Origin: Callorhinchus milii
Taxonomy: Eukaryota
Length of the DNA: 64,000 nucleotides
Reading direction: 5' to 3'
NCBI RefSeq assembly: GCF_018977255.1
Contig: NW_024704750.1
Coordinates: 9,548,001 to 9,612,000, forward strand
The position numbers were made by a program, and so were the translations under genes. The notes beneath the pieces were generated by a model. That model was not told the origin of the DNA. It searched no databases and saw only the letters and a program-made list of their open reading frames with translations. Below, piece by piece: positions 23,105-35,900 of this stretch. Each line of letters starts with the position of its first letter. Positions within the stretch are counted from its first letter, which is position 1.

Positions 23105-23639
23105 GGTCAACAGACCCCCCACCCCTTTCTCAATGCTCCCTTTCTGATTTTGTTTCCCTCATAATATGCTGGTAACCTTCCCCCTCCCTTACCTTGACAA
23201 CAATCCACCAGATTAGTTAGTCATTCACCGCATGAGTGCCTGTATGGGAGTTTTTACAGGCACACATGGCTAGAAAAGAGATCAGTTACTACACTTGAAA
23301 GGAAATGCTTGGGACGTGCCTTAAAATAGTTTTAGGTCCTTAAAAAAAAGGACTGGCTCAATACCTTCTTGGTGACTTGTTCCTGTACCCTGGAAATAAA
23401 CAACCTAATTGAAAACACATGTGCCCCTGCCTCTCAGGTGAGTTAAATATCTAATCAAAGAAAAGGGAGAAAAGAGTGGCTTAGATCTGGCGGAAAGGGC
23501 AGATAGTGCACAGCTCCCAGGGGGTAGAAACACCCACAGGTTGGGTGTGGAAGCGACAGACCAAGCCATTTTCATGAGTCCTAACATGATGACAGAGGAT
23601 CACAGACATCACTGTCTCAGTGAGTAAAAATACACCTTA

Positions 23640-23832
23640 ATGAGTGACACTGAGCTACGCACAAACCTTAGTCTGTGCTTGGTTAGATTACTTCAGGAAG
23701 GAGAGAGGTTCAACTGGCCTCAGTGATCCAGGTTTGAGATGGGGAAAAATTGGCCAGGGTTCCTAGCCATAAACTCTGGCCATTGAGTCCTTTCGAGGAG
23801 ATACCTTTGTGCGGATATCAGGTGAAGGCAGA
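23640..23832 (+). mobile_element. ancient SINE relic (AmnSINE2-like)
   Basis: gtctgtgcttggttag...actggcctcagtg...ggggaaaaattggccagggttcc...tgtgcggatatcaggtgaagg. Confidence 0.55.
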
Positions 23833-24984
23833 AAAGGTTGCAAGAATGAAAAGATAGAGACTGTGCTCTCAGGGAAGAGCTATTGGCAAGGAACAAGTCT
23901 TAGTGATAAGTTATGATCAGCAGGTGAGTGATATCAACGGTGATGCACATTCAAATATGTTGTTATGAACTTGTTTATAACTCCCAATGGCTAATAAGGA
24001 GCTAACGTGCGGGAGTGTTGGGGAGGAAGTCAGACAGACTAACTAACTAACTTGCCCACGCATACTCCTGGGGTCAGGCTGTCAGACAGACACACTGCTT
24101 GTTGATCTCGTTCCCCAGCCAGTCCTGTTATCAGTCAGTGGGTAAAACTGGAGCAGCAAAAGTAGCATTTCCGCTCAGCCCCTGAGAAGCTGCAGTGGGG
24201 AAAACGCATTCCAAACATTGCAGGGAGTCAGTCTGGTAACGTGTGTGTCTGCGCTCCTCTCCACCGCAGGTATTTGCCTTTCTCAAAGCCAAAGGTGTGT
24301 GGAAGGAAACAGAAAGTCGGTGAGGAGCGCCACTCGCTCACGATCCGTGGCTTTGCTCACTCCGGATCTGAGCCATGAGTTTGCACTCTCACTCTCACTG
24401 CTCCCGAAGTCAAATCATCTTTGCAAAGAATGAAGTGCATCGAGAGAAGGAGGAAGGGTCGCCCTCGATTCCTCACTGTTTAGGGTTGACTGATCGTCAT
24501 TCATCCCCACCCCACCACCATCGTTAACACTTTATTTCTCCCCCCCCCCCACTCCACCCCATCCCCCGAGTTAACACTCAATGTCCCGGACCAGACCTTG
24601 CACGAATATGAAACAGCGCAGGCAACTCACAACTGTAAACCTTCTAAGTGTCCTGAGCGTCGACAGGAGCCCATCCGTATCCCATCCTCGGGAATAAGCC
24701 CTGACTATTGTGCATCATTCCCGAACTGGAAGGATTATTTCTCTAGAATTCAGAGTGGAAAATAATAATAAAAAAAATCATACCAGACCAATTTGGAGTC
24801 TCGGGGGTGGGGTTGGGGGGGGGTGGGGGGGGTGGTCTGACTAATTATAGTTAAAATTTATGTTTTTTTGCTATGGGCAGAAAGCCCTTTTTTTTGAATT
24901 AAAAATAAGAAGTGAATATTGGATTTTTAAAAAAAAATGTAAGCCAAAAGGTCAGGCGGGGACGAGGTTTAATTGCTGCCTGAA

Positions 24985-25014
24985 CTCACTCACTCACACA
25001 CACACACACACACA
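24985..25014. repeat. (CACT)n(CA)n microsatellite
   Basis: Seen directly in sequence. Confidence 0.8.
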
Positions 25015-25253
25015 AGCGCTTAGTCTGTGTCTGGGGGGAAAGACCATTACTCAACAGGAGCTTCTGCTCTGCTCCTGTTGTTGCAGCTCTCAGCCATCGC
25101 TATTGCAGGTCTGAGATGCGCCATGAACGTGTGGCTCCATTTCCACTGCGTAACTAAGACCTGGGTTCATGTCTCGCAGGCGTAAAAGAAGAACCCAACC
25201 CATTCCTTCATCGAGTAACTTGTACCAAAGAGACGCCTCTTTGACCGCCACCG

Positions 25254-25467
25254 TTCTCTTTGACCGAGCCTTCAGCTCCCCTCTCGACTCTCTTCCCCCT
25301 TCTCGCTCCCTCCCATCCCTCCCCTCACCCTGACCATTTCCCCCCTCCTCGCTCCCTCCCCCTGACCATTTCCCCCCTGCTCGGGTCATGACCCAACTGT
25401 GCAGCGCCTTGGGACGTCCTCCTGACGTGAAAGGTGCTTTATAAATGGAATCTTGTTGTTGTTGTTG
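25254..25467 (+). mobile_element. L2-clade LINE 3' end with (GTT)n tail
   Basis: Close to the 1701-1881 copy; internal duplication of ctcgctccctccc..ctgaccatttcccc; possible TSD gcctctt at 25235 and 25467. Confidence 0.85.
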
Positions 25468-26064
25468 CCTCTTCCCTACATGTTTTTCCACCCCTAACCT
25501 TTCTCGGCGATGATTCATTACTGGAAACGCTTCCAAGGGTGTGTGTGTGTGACTGACTGACTGAGTGAGTGATGTGCGTGGCTCCCCAGGAGTATTGTTT
25601 ATTTCGCGTGAGCCTCGGTAAGCGAGAGTGCACAGGTATTTGCACAGGTATTTGCCAAGGCGAAGGGTGGAAGAGGCAGCAGTCGAGCCTGATCCTGCCC
25701 ACCTCACCTGACGTCCATCCCATCTACACGTTGTAAATGTTTTCAGCCACTTGCGTGGTAGGTTGCACGATCAGGAATGGGAGTCCCTTGGCTGATTCTT
25801 TCTCCCACTCTTTCGTGTTAGCCTGGGGATATAATGAGGCCAATTCCACCAACGCCCTGATGCTGCCCTGGCACATGACAACTTAACTTTTTTTTTTAAG
25901 AAATGCATTTTCAAAGAAATAACACGTCTGGTTGTATTGGAATTCATATCACCCTGCAAGTTTGTGTAACGTGTTACTGTGGGTTATTGTAAAACCTGCT
26001 GTTACAGCATTTTGAAGTATCAATGCAGTACTTGTGGTTAATGATGAATAATGTCACTAACAAC

Positions 26065-26392
26065 AGCCCTGTAGCGTATTGGTTAGAGCACTCGCCTCGC
26101 AAGTGAGAGGACCCGGGTTTGATTCCTGGGCAGGGCGAAACCTTAAAAGTTTCCTTACTCCACACTGTTTACCTAGCAGTAAGTCAGAACCGAGTTGTTA
26201 GTCAATTGGCAAATCGCTTTTCCGGGGGTGGTAATCCCTCAATATAAATTATAATAATTTGGTCACTCAACCCACAACTGTTTGTAGGACATCACTACTA
26301 TAAAGTTAATTCACTTTACAGTATATTCTGTGAAGTACTTCGAGATGTCTCACCGACATAAGGTACTATATCAAATGCAAGAATTATTATTA
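26065..26392 (+). mobile_element. near-full-length tRNA-derived SINE with L2-type tail and (ATT)n end
   Basis: A box tagcgtattgg (26072-26082), B box ggtttgattcc (26116-26126); body and tail shared with 46284, 59445, 42174 and 61810. Confidence 0.88.
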
Positions 26393-26684
26393 ATAGCACA
26401 GTGTGTTTGTCTATTTTTATTGAATACAGAATTTACTGCAGATCTAAATGAGAGCATTAACTTTGCCTTAATCCAACAGCTCTCTTTACTCACTTAGCAG
26501 TAAAGAGTGCTTGCTGTAATCATAATTATGTTGAATCTAAAGCAGAAACACAGAAATATTGTAAATAATACAAAGAGCATGTTGCAGAATATACTTCATT
26601 TCTCAGGAGTCATGCTGTCATCTTCACTGATGGAGTAAACATATTTAAGAACATCCTATGCAGCATTGGCCTTTACCAAAATGA

Positions 26685-26900
26685 CCTTTACCATCATGCC
26701 CTGGCACCTCCCTACCTCTCCGACCTGCTCCATCCCTCCGCCTTGCCTCTTCCTTCTCTATTTTCAGGTTGTGACTGAAGACCTTACCGTTCGACCGTGC
26801 CTACGGTCACCTCTCCCCGGCTCGGAGTCATGCTCCACCACTAGTCAAGCTCTCTGGGACATTATCCTGCGTGAGTAGCGCTACATAAATGCAAGTCGTT
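26685..26900 (+). mobile_element. degraded L2 ORF2 C-terminus/3' end
   Basis: Encodes an LAPPYLSDLLHP-like segment and ends agcgctatacataaatgcaagtcgtt. Confidence 0.6.
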
Positions 26901-29020
26901 ACCATGAAAATGAATGTCCTGTAATAGTACTGAAAGTAAGGTGTTATGAACAAAGTACCTATGTAGGTCAATACATTGTCTACCTGGGATGTGTCTTACA
27001 GTAAGAATAAAAGTTTAGACTTGACCTTCTGAGAAATGTATCACTGCTGTTTGTATCTGTTGTGCTGGTCATGGTTGCTCAACATTGACGACTAGGGAGA
27101 AGATAACAAATTAAGTTATTGCTCTTAATATCTAAAAATGGAGTGAACTACAGGAGTATGAGGAAAGAACAGATAAATGGTATGGCAAGGATTGTTCTTG
27201 AAAGAGCCAGCACAGATATGGTGACTGAATAGCCTTCAGTCTCAATAATGTGATGGAGGTATATCAAATGTACGGATTATTATTATTATGATTGTATGGT
27301 AACTGGTATTTCCTGTCACTGACCATCACAGCTTAATTTCATTCAGATTCACCCATTTCTGTTCATGGACCGCTCCTTTGACGAGTTCTGTTTCTGAGAG
27401 ATAATTTCCATTGAAGAAGTCAAATTCTATTCAATCCATTTCCATTACTGATTCAGATATTCAGTAATTGCTGTTGGCACTCACAGTCAGCTTCATCATC
27501 ATAGGTGTTTTACAGTTGATAAGTTGTTTGGGTGCTATGTATAATAACAATTTTTTTGTTCTCAATCAATAATAATATATGACTGATTCCGCTGTTTGCT
27601 CACTCTCTGTGCTTTGGCCTTGAACATGCAGCCAAGCAAAATTTAAACAATCATCTTGGTAAGTTTGGACACAGTAGGTTTATAATAATTTCTATTATTA
27701 TTCTGATCAATACATACTAGTATTAATTATCTATTCCTTATTTAGAAACTGAATCAATATTTTGAATTGTTTTGAAATGTGGCAATTCAAAACATGCAAC
27801 AATGCTAGTAAGCGTAACATCTAGGGAATACTGTATTATGAATCTGTGGTGAGTTTTCCAAACATGTTACATAAATATATAACCTTGCAGGGTTAACAGG
27901 AGCTGAGTGGGAGGATTCCCTGCCCCGAGTAACTGGTCTGTCCTTCCAAGTCCTGCTGATGGGCTGTGCTGTCATGAGCAGTGCCTGGAATACTGTGGAC
28001 CTGCCTGGCTCAGGAACCAGACTACCGAGGCCGCAACCACAACCGAGGCTCTCTTCTAAAATTCCGTTGCCAAACATGCCACCTTGGAGCCAGGTTAGCT
28101 CTAAAGCGATCCCGCTTACCTCCCACCCTTGCCAATTTGTGCCTAATACTTTCCAGAATTAGGTAACCAGGATGCGTCCCTCCAGGGAGAGAATGCGCAT
28201 TTCATTCCAACATTCCAGCTCTGGAATTTCTACGTGCGTGTAGGTGGGATGCATGGAATTCTCAGTTTGGTTTGGCTACTCTTAAGCCTGGTGATGAGTA
28301 TCCCTATGTGTCAGACAACCAGCTGACCCCAAAAAATACAATAACTTTCATTGTAATCTGTGATAGGATATTCATGTTAAGTTTGCAAAAGAGCTGGGTA
28401 TAGAGTGTGTTTTACTTTCTGCCTTGGAAGAGCATAAGCTCATCCTTCAAGCATGGTGGGATAATCATGCCAATTCATAGCTCCATGCACGCTGTCTTCC
28501 TGTCAGGATGTATGCTTCGGCTGTTCAGCAGTATTTCTCGTTATTAGAAGTCTCGCCTTCCTCATCCAGTTGCTCAGGCATGCTAGGTAAAGGCAGACTG
28601 ATCGCCTGAGGATAATCAATTAGGAATATCAGTCGAGACTGGAATTTATACTTAAGGGTTTCAGTTAGATGTACAATTCATTTCTGTTGTTTCTAATGCT
28701 GATCAACAAACCTTGTTGTTATCTCCGAGTTTAAAACCTTCATTGCTATTATTTACTTGTGCAAGTTTTCAAAATGTTCAGTATTTGAATAGAATACCTT
28801 CGCTGTAGTGCTATGTATACATCTTTAGCTACAATTAAAGTCCTTACATTTTGCTCTGGCGTTTGCAATAAGCTTACAAGTTAATGTAAATTAGACCTCA
28901 AATCAGCCCATTGTGATATTTTGTGAGTCCAGGTACAGTGTCTCTGATAATAATAATACTAACAGAGTGCATTGTCAGGAGTTATATGATTGAGAAAAAA
29001 ATCAGTTATGTGAAGGAAAA

Positions 29021-29115
29021 ATAATCCTTGCATTTGATATAGCGCCTTATGTCATTGATGTCTCAAAGCTAAACAGAATATTGTAAAGTGGATTGACTGT
29101 ATTATGTGGGTGAAA
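29021..29115 (-). mobile_element. SINE tail fragment
   Basis: ataatccttgcatttgatatagcgccttatgtc...gatgtctcaaagc. Confidence 0.75.
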
Positions 29116-30875
29116 ATAGGAAGCTGACTAATATGATTTTGTAACAGAACATATGTTCACAATTTTTTAGAATGTGTATTCCCAAGCCTGATTAAATATT
29201 TGTATTATCTTTCTATTCTCCCACATGGAACAACCAAGGGCAGCTCAGTTCTGGGTTCCCAGACTTTCCTCAGTTGTTATCCTTTTAACCCAAACACACT
29301 TGAATGGAAAAAATCCAAAGCTGACTACTGGGTTGTTTAGCTCAAGTTTTTCCTTCTACGTGTCAGGGGTGCACTAATAGCTTGTAGCTAAAAGTCCCAA
29401 GACAGTTAGGCTTGGCTCCGAGTATGAATTAATCTCACAACGTTAACGGCAAAATGCCAGAATGTACTCTGCAAACATATTGTCCTTTAATGTTAGAAAG
29501 GATATGTCCTAAATGGTGTCATGTTGATGAAGATTTTATACATTTTGCTATTTCGAAAGCACAAATTCTCATATGGTCTTCTCATATTGTAAGGATTTGA
29601 ACAAAGTTTAATCAGTTTCAAACTGGTTGCTTTCTGGGAGAAAATATCCTTAAAGTATGTTAACATCTAATTTGCTTATTTAAATAGGCATCTCCATACA
29701 GAAATGAGTCAGTGCTTCATTTTGATTACATGTGAACTGCCTGGGTTAAGACTGTCTTCATTTTTCATACACTTTTGGATTCTTACTGTCAAGCAGATTT
29801 TCTTATACGATTCAGGACATTCAGTTTTTCAAGGGGTAAACATTATTGACATTGGCTCACAGAATGCTGTCAGGCGTCCTGGGTGACTGTGACAAAGGGA
29901 ACTTTGTGTGTGAAAGGTATGCTCCACTGTATTAGAGAGGGGGTTATTTTGTAAGCATTGAAGTTCCCTATATAATGCGTTTTCTTATGTACTGTGCAAT
30001 TCAGAAAATTTGGACTGCTCTTTAGGTAGCATACCACAGATGTCTACACAAGAGTACTTACATAGAACTAATAAATGTCACTTGAGCTTTAGTGGAAGTA
30101 CCGATGGAAGTCCAAGAGCACTTTTGGAGAAATATGTCAAACTATCTCTGATGACTACAATTGTTGAAGAAATAAATCAGTAGTTAGCAAATATAGAAGC
30201 GAGCAGAGCTAACAGCCTCTCATGAGCATCCTGGAAGGAGAGTCCAGTGGACTGCCTCTGATTTCTATGGGGTCATAAGCATCACCATACTTTATACAAT
30301 CACAAATAATATATACAGATGGCAGCTCACAATTTCTAAGCAAATTTCACTGAACTGGTAATTAGAATGCACAATTCTTCAAAGAGTATTCCCTCCCTTG
30401 ACCCTAACCCATTTTATCAAGTTACTCATAGCAACTGCTATTTTTAAGCAAAAGTTTTGAATTGAAGTGCATATTTACATAGTGTCTCATTGGTAATGGG
30501 TTTTCACCTTGTATATGTCCTTTTTGTCTCATTTTTCCATCCCTTATTGTCATCTCATGCAATGTGAAGAGCAGACATTGAGCTTGAAGTTTGTATTGAA
30601 AGAGGGACGTTCAAGAGTGAACATTTGTTGAGGTCAATTGCGTTTTGTGTACTCTGTGGCCTACAGTGATACTCACAAGACATCTTTGGCTCATTTGATA
30701 GCATTCCCAAAGAATACCGCCCACGGTCTTCCAATTACAGCATGAAACAGCATGTTTGCCAAAAGAGTCCGAGCCTCAATCAGCCTTCTTGCTTAATAAT
30801 CTGAGTGAAAACATACTTCCTGGTGTCTGTCCTAGACTTGCCAGTCACTAACCTGAAGCTGGGACCTCTTTTCCA

Positions 30876-30991
30876 TTTTGCCCACAAAATATACAGTCAA
30901 TTCACTTTACAGTGTATTCTGTGAAGCACTTTGAGACATGAAGAAGATGCAATAAGGCGCTATATATATCAAATGCAAGAATTATTATTAT
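30876..30991 (+). mobile_element. SINE 3' fragment
   Basis: gcccacaaaatatacagtcaattcactttacagtgtattctgtgaagcactttgagac...gcaagaattattatta. Confidence 0.8.
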
Positions 30992-32851
30992 AGTGTGGCC
31001 CAACTGAAAAAGAATCCATGATATCATGCACACAGTAGAGGATTTGATGTGGGCCTGGTTTTGACCATGTGTCCAGTGATGTGCTTTGTCCCTCAATTTT
31101 AAGTCCAGTTGTTCTTTGAGTTTGAAAGCTAAAACAAATCAGTCAATGACTAACGTCTGATGATTTCCTGGTTCTTTAGTACTTCGGAGTCTATTGACTT
31201 TCTTAAGATTGCGCTCTCTGTTCATTTACTTATTTATCAAATTGATGGAAAATGGGGGTCATTGCTGAGTTTTTTTTTTAAAAAAGTGAGTTACTCCTTA
31301 ACTTGTTCAAATTGAACTTCCTCAAACTTGAATATAACAACGTTATTTTGCAAGAATTCCAGCTCAGAGTAGGACAGGCATTTTTTTCCCCTGTTTGTTT
31401 TTTTTCTTAAAAAAAAGCAAATGCTTTCCGTGCCATTAGTTTACTTTAAATATTGATGGAACAGCTTGGAGACTGAAGGATTCCATAAAGCTGTGGTGAA
31501 CAATGTGACAGATCAAAAGGAACCAAGGGAAAGAATGCTGAAATGCCTTCATTTGGGGATAATAAATGACCGGCAAAACCACTTTGTCAAAGCTTCTGGA
31601 AATGGTTCAAGAGTTCCAGTTCGGTGGAAGGTCTTATTCCATCTATTGTTTGACACCTGATAAAACTCTGCTGGGGGTTTGTTTGTTCCAACCTAGAATG
31701 GCACCAGCTACAAGTGTTTCACTGTCACACAGGACAATGGGGTTCTGCTTAAATTTTAGGGCAGTATTTGTGACTACATTTGACTTTACTGCCATAATTT
31801 CTGCCTACATCTTTCCTTATCATGTAGTTTGCTGAAGCAATGTGATTCTGGGTTTGGCTTCCCAAAACACAAAACCAACTGTCTTTATTACTTTCATTCT
31901 TATCAACTTTGAAACTTCTTTATAATTTATTTTTGAATATTTTTATGTGCCTAATGCCATATAAAATTAATTTAATTGCATCATAAAAGTAATTTTATTA
32001 TTTTTGCTATTATAATCTGAAAGTACTTGAAGCAAGTTAGACAAATATTTTCCTATAACTGGAAGGGTTGTTTTTATTTTAATAGTTCAAATTCTGCACA
32101 CAACTGTTGCAGTTGTATTAATTTTTGAAATTATTCTGTTAGCATTATTGCAAACAAATTTGGAACTTTTACCATAGCGTTGATCTTATTTCACTAGCAG
32201 CTAATCTCAAACTTCATTCTTACCTTTTTGAAATATGTGTTAGTATTTCTTGATATGTTTCTCTGTGTACTTTAATTTCTATGAGCTGAAAAGAATTGTA
32301 ACTGTTAAATCCTGCAGAGCCATTGACATTAGAACTGATTATTCAGAAGGAGCTGTGTGGCCACATTTCATTTGTGTTGTCTATTGTGGAACACTGAAAT
32401 ATAAATCAACTGTGATATATAAATCCAGTCTTGATAACAGACAGCCACAAAATCTTGAAATCAACATTCTAGCTGTTTATTCTGTTTCTTACCTTGAATA
32501 ATATGTATTTATTCGTTTTGATCAATAACATCTTTGCACTGTTGACTGTGTGTTTGGAAAGCCTTCCTTGGGTTTATTCCAGTGAATAACATTAGAATAT
32601 TTCTAATATTATAGCCCAAATAGTTCACTTGGTTGAGAACCAGATCTGGGACCAGAAAGGTCAAATCTTTATGGTTCCCCTCACTCATCAATCTTTTGAG
32701 GTTGATGGAATTACTACACATCTGGCAAAAAGCCAGATATAGGTCAACATCAATTCAATACTCTATTTATGGTGGTCTGATAATTTAGTAAAATGTGAGG
32801 TGTCTTTAATAAAACGTTGTCAACCCTACAAGCCCAAACCGTAATTATTGG

Positions 32852-32968
32852 ACAAAATTGGACAGGTTCTGACAAAGGGTTGTGGACCTGAAACGTTGAC
32901 TCACTTTCCTTTCTCCATAGATGCTGCCTGACCTGCTGAGTTTTCCCAACTCTCTCTGTTTTTGTCCC
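32852..32968 (+). mobile_element. short Penelope-like element terminal fragment with hammerhead-like core
   Basis: ctgacaaagggt..acctgaaacgttgac...gatgctgcctgacctgctgag resembles a common chondrichthyan Penelope-associated repeat (recalled); flanked by the direct repeat taattattgg. Confidence 0.6.
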
Positions 32969-35900
32969 TAATTATTGGGGCGGTCTTAGCTGACCAAGCA
33001 TCATGCAGATATGATTAAGGTTTAAGCTTTACTGCAAATATTGATTTTTTTGTGAAGCATTGTTCTCTTACGTTACGTTAGCAAATGTATTTTTCTTCTT
33101 AGCAACATTGATTGGTGACTTTTAGATCTAGCTGTCTTAACTTTTCATTTCCAATGTATGATTGAGGTTTGCATATTTAACGCTGATTAGTCGAGAGGAA
33201 AGAGTGTAATTCCTTTTTTTGATTGGTAGCTGCTAAATAATATAATCACTTCATTGGCAAACACATATGGCTGTATTTTGGGTTAGATTAGATGAATTTC
33301 CTTATGTTGTGTACAAATTATCTGGAAAGACTTCTGCTTAGAGATGAACCAGATGTTGACTTTTACTGTGTGTGTGTGAAAGATAGGAGAGAGTGATAAT
33401 GATGGAACAACAAGTTAATGGACAATCCAGAAGCCAATGAAGGACAGATATGCATCTGTAATTAATTATCTGAATATTTGTTATTTTGTACTTTTTGTAA
33501 CAAAATTCCACCTCTTATCCACCAAGAAAAATGTCTTAACAGTGTCAGGATGAACTGCCTGCATAGTGAGTGCACCATCAGTAATGAAGAACAATGACAA
33601 CTCCTGTCAGTGGTACAGAATTTATAGAAAAATAATCTGCACATTCTGACATAAAAATGTCCACACAGTATTGTTCCCCATAACCAACTACAAACTGAAT
33701 TGCAGCAACCATTTGGTGATAACATCATCATGTCTTTAATCCTTCAGTGAGGATATCATCAAGATACAAACTGAGACGATGGTTCTGACTGTTGACATCT
33801 GCCATGATAAAGCTAAAGGAAAACAAACATACTAAAATATTGTATCAGTTGCAGGAATTACTGCGTTGAATGTCATACATAATAAAAAATGGCAAAAATG
33901 AAAATTGTGACATTTCGGGGTTCTCTGATCCTTGAACCTTGCTGTTGTATTTGGTGATATCTTCAGATGAAATTATTTTCTTCTGGTCACTCCAAACCAC
34001 TATTGATTCATGTCAAATTCTAAGACAGATGAAGGGATAAAGTACCTTGTATACTTTTTCCATATATGCCAATAAAATATAATGGTTTAGCAGAATCAAG
34101 TGGTCCCTCCTTGTATTTTCCATTATGGAGGTATTCTTTTCAGTCCTGACTTTTGAGACTAATTTTAACCAAAGCTTGGGAATCAAAGGACACGTTTAAT
34201 ATCTGCCATTCACTGAACTTCAGTTGTCAGACTAACAATCCTCAGCACAGTCTTAGTCTTGTTGAATGTTGCTGTGGAATTCTTGTGGGAAAATGGTAAT
34301 TCACCGAATGCATTATTAAAGTCACTGCTAACCACATTGCCCAGTACTTAGACACAGAAGAAAACTGCAGTGTGCAGGCATTTTAAGTTCAGGGGAAAGA
34401 ACTTGAAATGTGGTTGACTGTGCGTTCTTCCATTTGCTTGTTCTCTTTCAAGTCAAAGTGGGAGTTTGACGTAAAAGTTTCAATTAAATGCAAAATGTGA
34501 AAAGTCACGCTTGAATAGGTTTTTGTACATTAAGGTTTGAATATGTGGCTCCTCTAAGGTCATTTAATTGAATGGTTCTGGTACCCTGACTGATCTTGGT
34601 TTCTGCTCCTTTCACTCAGCGAAATGTACAAAAGCACAAAGCTCTGTTTTGGTAAATTGTTTCCTTGACACCAACAAAATGAACAATTCATATCCAGTCT
34701 ACATTTTGTTTACTTGTTTGACATGCAAAATTAAGTCCTCAGTCATGGCTGCATGTGATTGGATATTGGGAGCAACAAGCAGGCCAGAGGTTTCTTAAGA
34801 AGTAACTGTGCACATGACAGCTCTCCACAGTTTACTGCACTGAACGCAAATGCATATCTTGGAGGTGGAATGAAAGAATACATTCCTCCCTCTCAGAATT
34901 GGTGTAGGAAAGACAAGATGGATAACTTACTAACTCCACCCCGCTCCCTCTTCAATTGGAATTTCTGCTTTATGGTTGTGATAAAGAGTCATAAATGTCT
35001 CATAAAAGTGAGTGCGGTTTAACCTAAGACACAACCAGATACCTCCCCACCACTGTTGCATCCTGACTCCTACACAAATTATTATTCTAGAGGATTTTTT
35101 TTAATGTTTCAGTGTAGGTGAATCAATTGAAAAAGTCCTGCAGAGTGCTTCTCTTTATTGTTGCTGTTTCCATGAATAAAAATTCCGAGGAACGCCTCAG
35201 TAGTTAGAACTTTCATTAGAAGACATGGGCAAAATAACTAAAGAATTTGTACTGCAAGTTAAGTTGCTTGAAGACCATCTTTTGAAAAACATCTATAGGG
35301 TTTTATTGATTTCAGGTGCACACATGTGTACAGAGGCTATGTCTGACACAGCTTAGTTGAATTGATGCTTGTTATTGCTCCAGGCTATTTTACTGTATTT
35401 TTCCAGTTTATATCTAAATATTAACACATTTAAAGATGCTTATTTGTTTTAGTACAGTCCCAGACCATACTTATTACAAGTTTTCTGGTTGATAATAAGC
35501 ACATAATTGCCAGTGCCATATCCTCCTTGGCGCTATTTTGGCTCCAAGGTGGCGTGTTGGCAACAGAATGTCGGAATCGTGTCAACCCTCTGTGGTGGTC
35601 GAGCTACTCCATATCGGGAGGGTCTGAAACAATCCAAGGCACTGCTGATGACATACCAGCCCAGCCTGGCTCATTGACAGGAATTGTAGGCTCATTGTTT
35701 GAAGTTATCAAGATTAAAAAAAATGCATCATCGGAGATTCTTTTGTGATTAACAGAGTGTTTATATTATATTTGGAAAGGACACCCTGCTCTAAATCATT
35801 GATGTAAAATTGCTGTGTCATGGTCCTGCATGGACACACTTTTTTTCTGTTTTCATATTTCAGTAATTACATATCTGCCAAGTAAAATAGAATAACCTAT

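Noticed and set aside
25090-25707. 205-aa minus-strand ORF
   Set aside because: Runs through an L2 3' end and low-complexity purine tracts; artefact.
26065-26140. tRNA gene
   Set aside because: A and B boxes are present, but the sequence continues into a SINE body and tail found in several copies; it is a SINE head.
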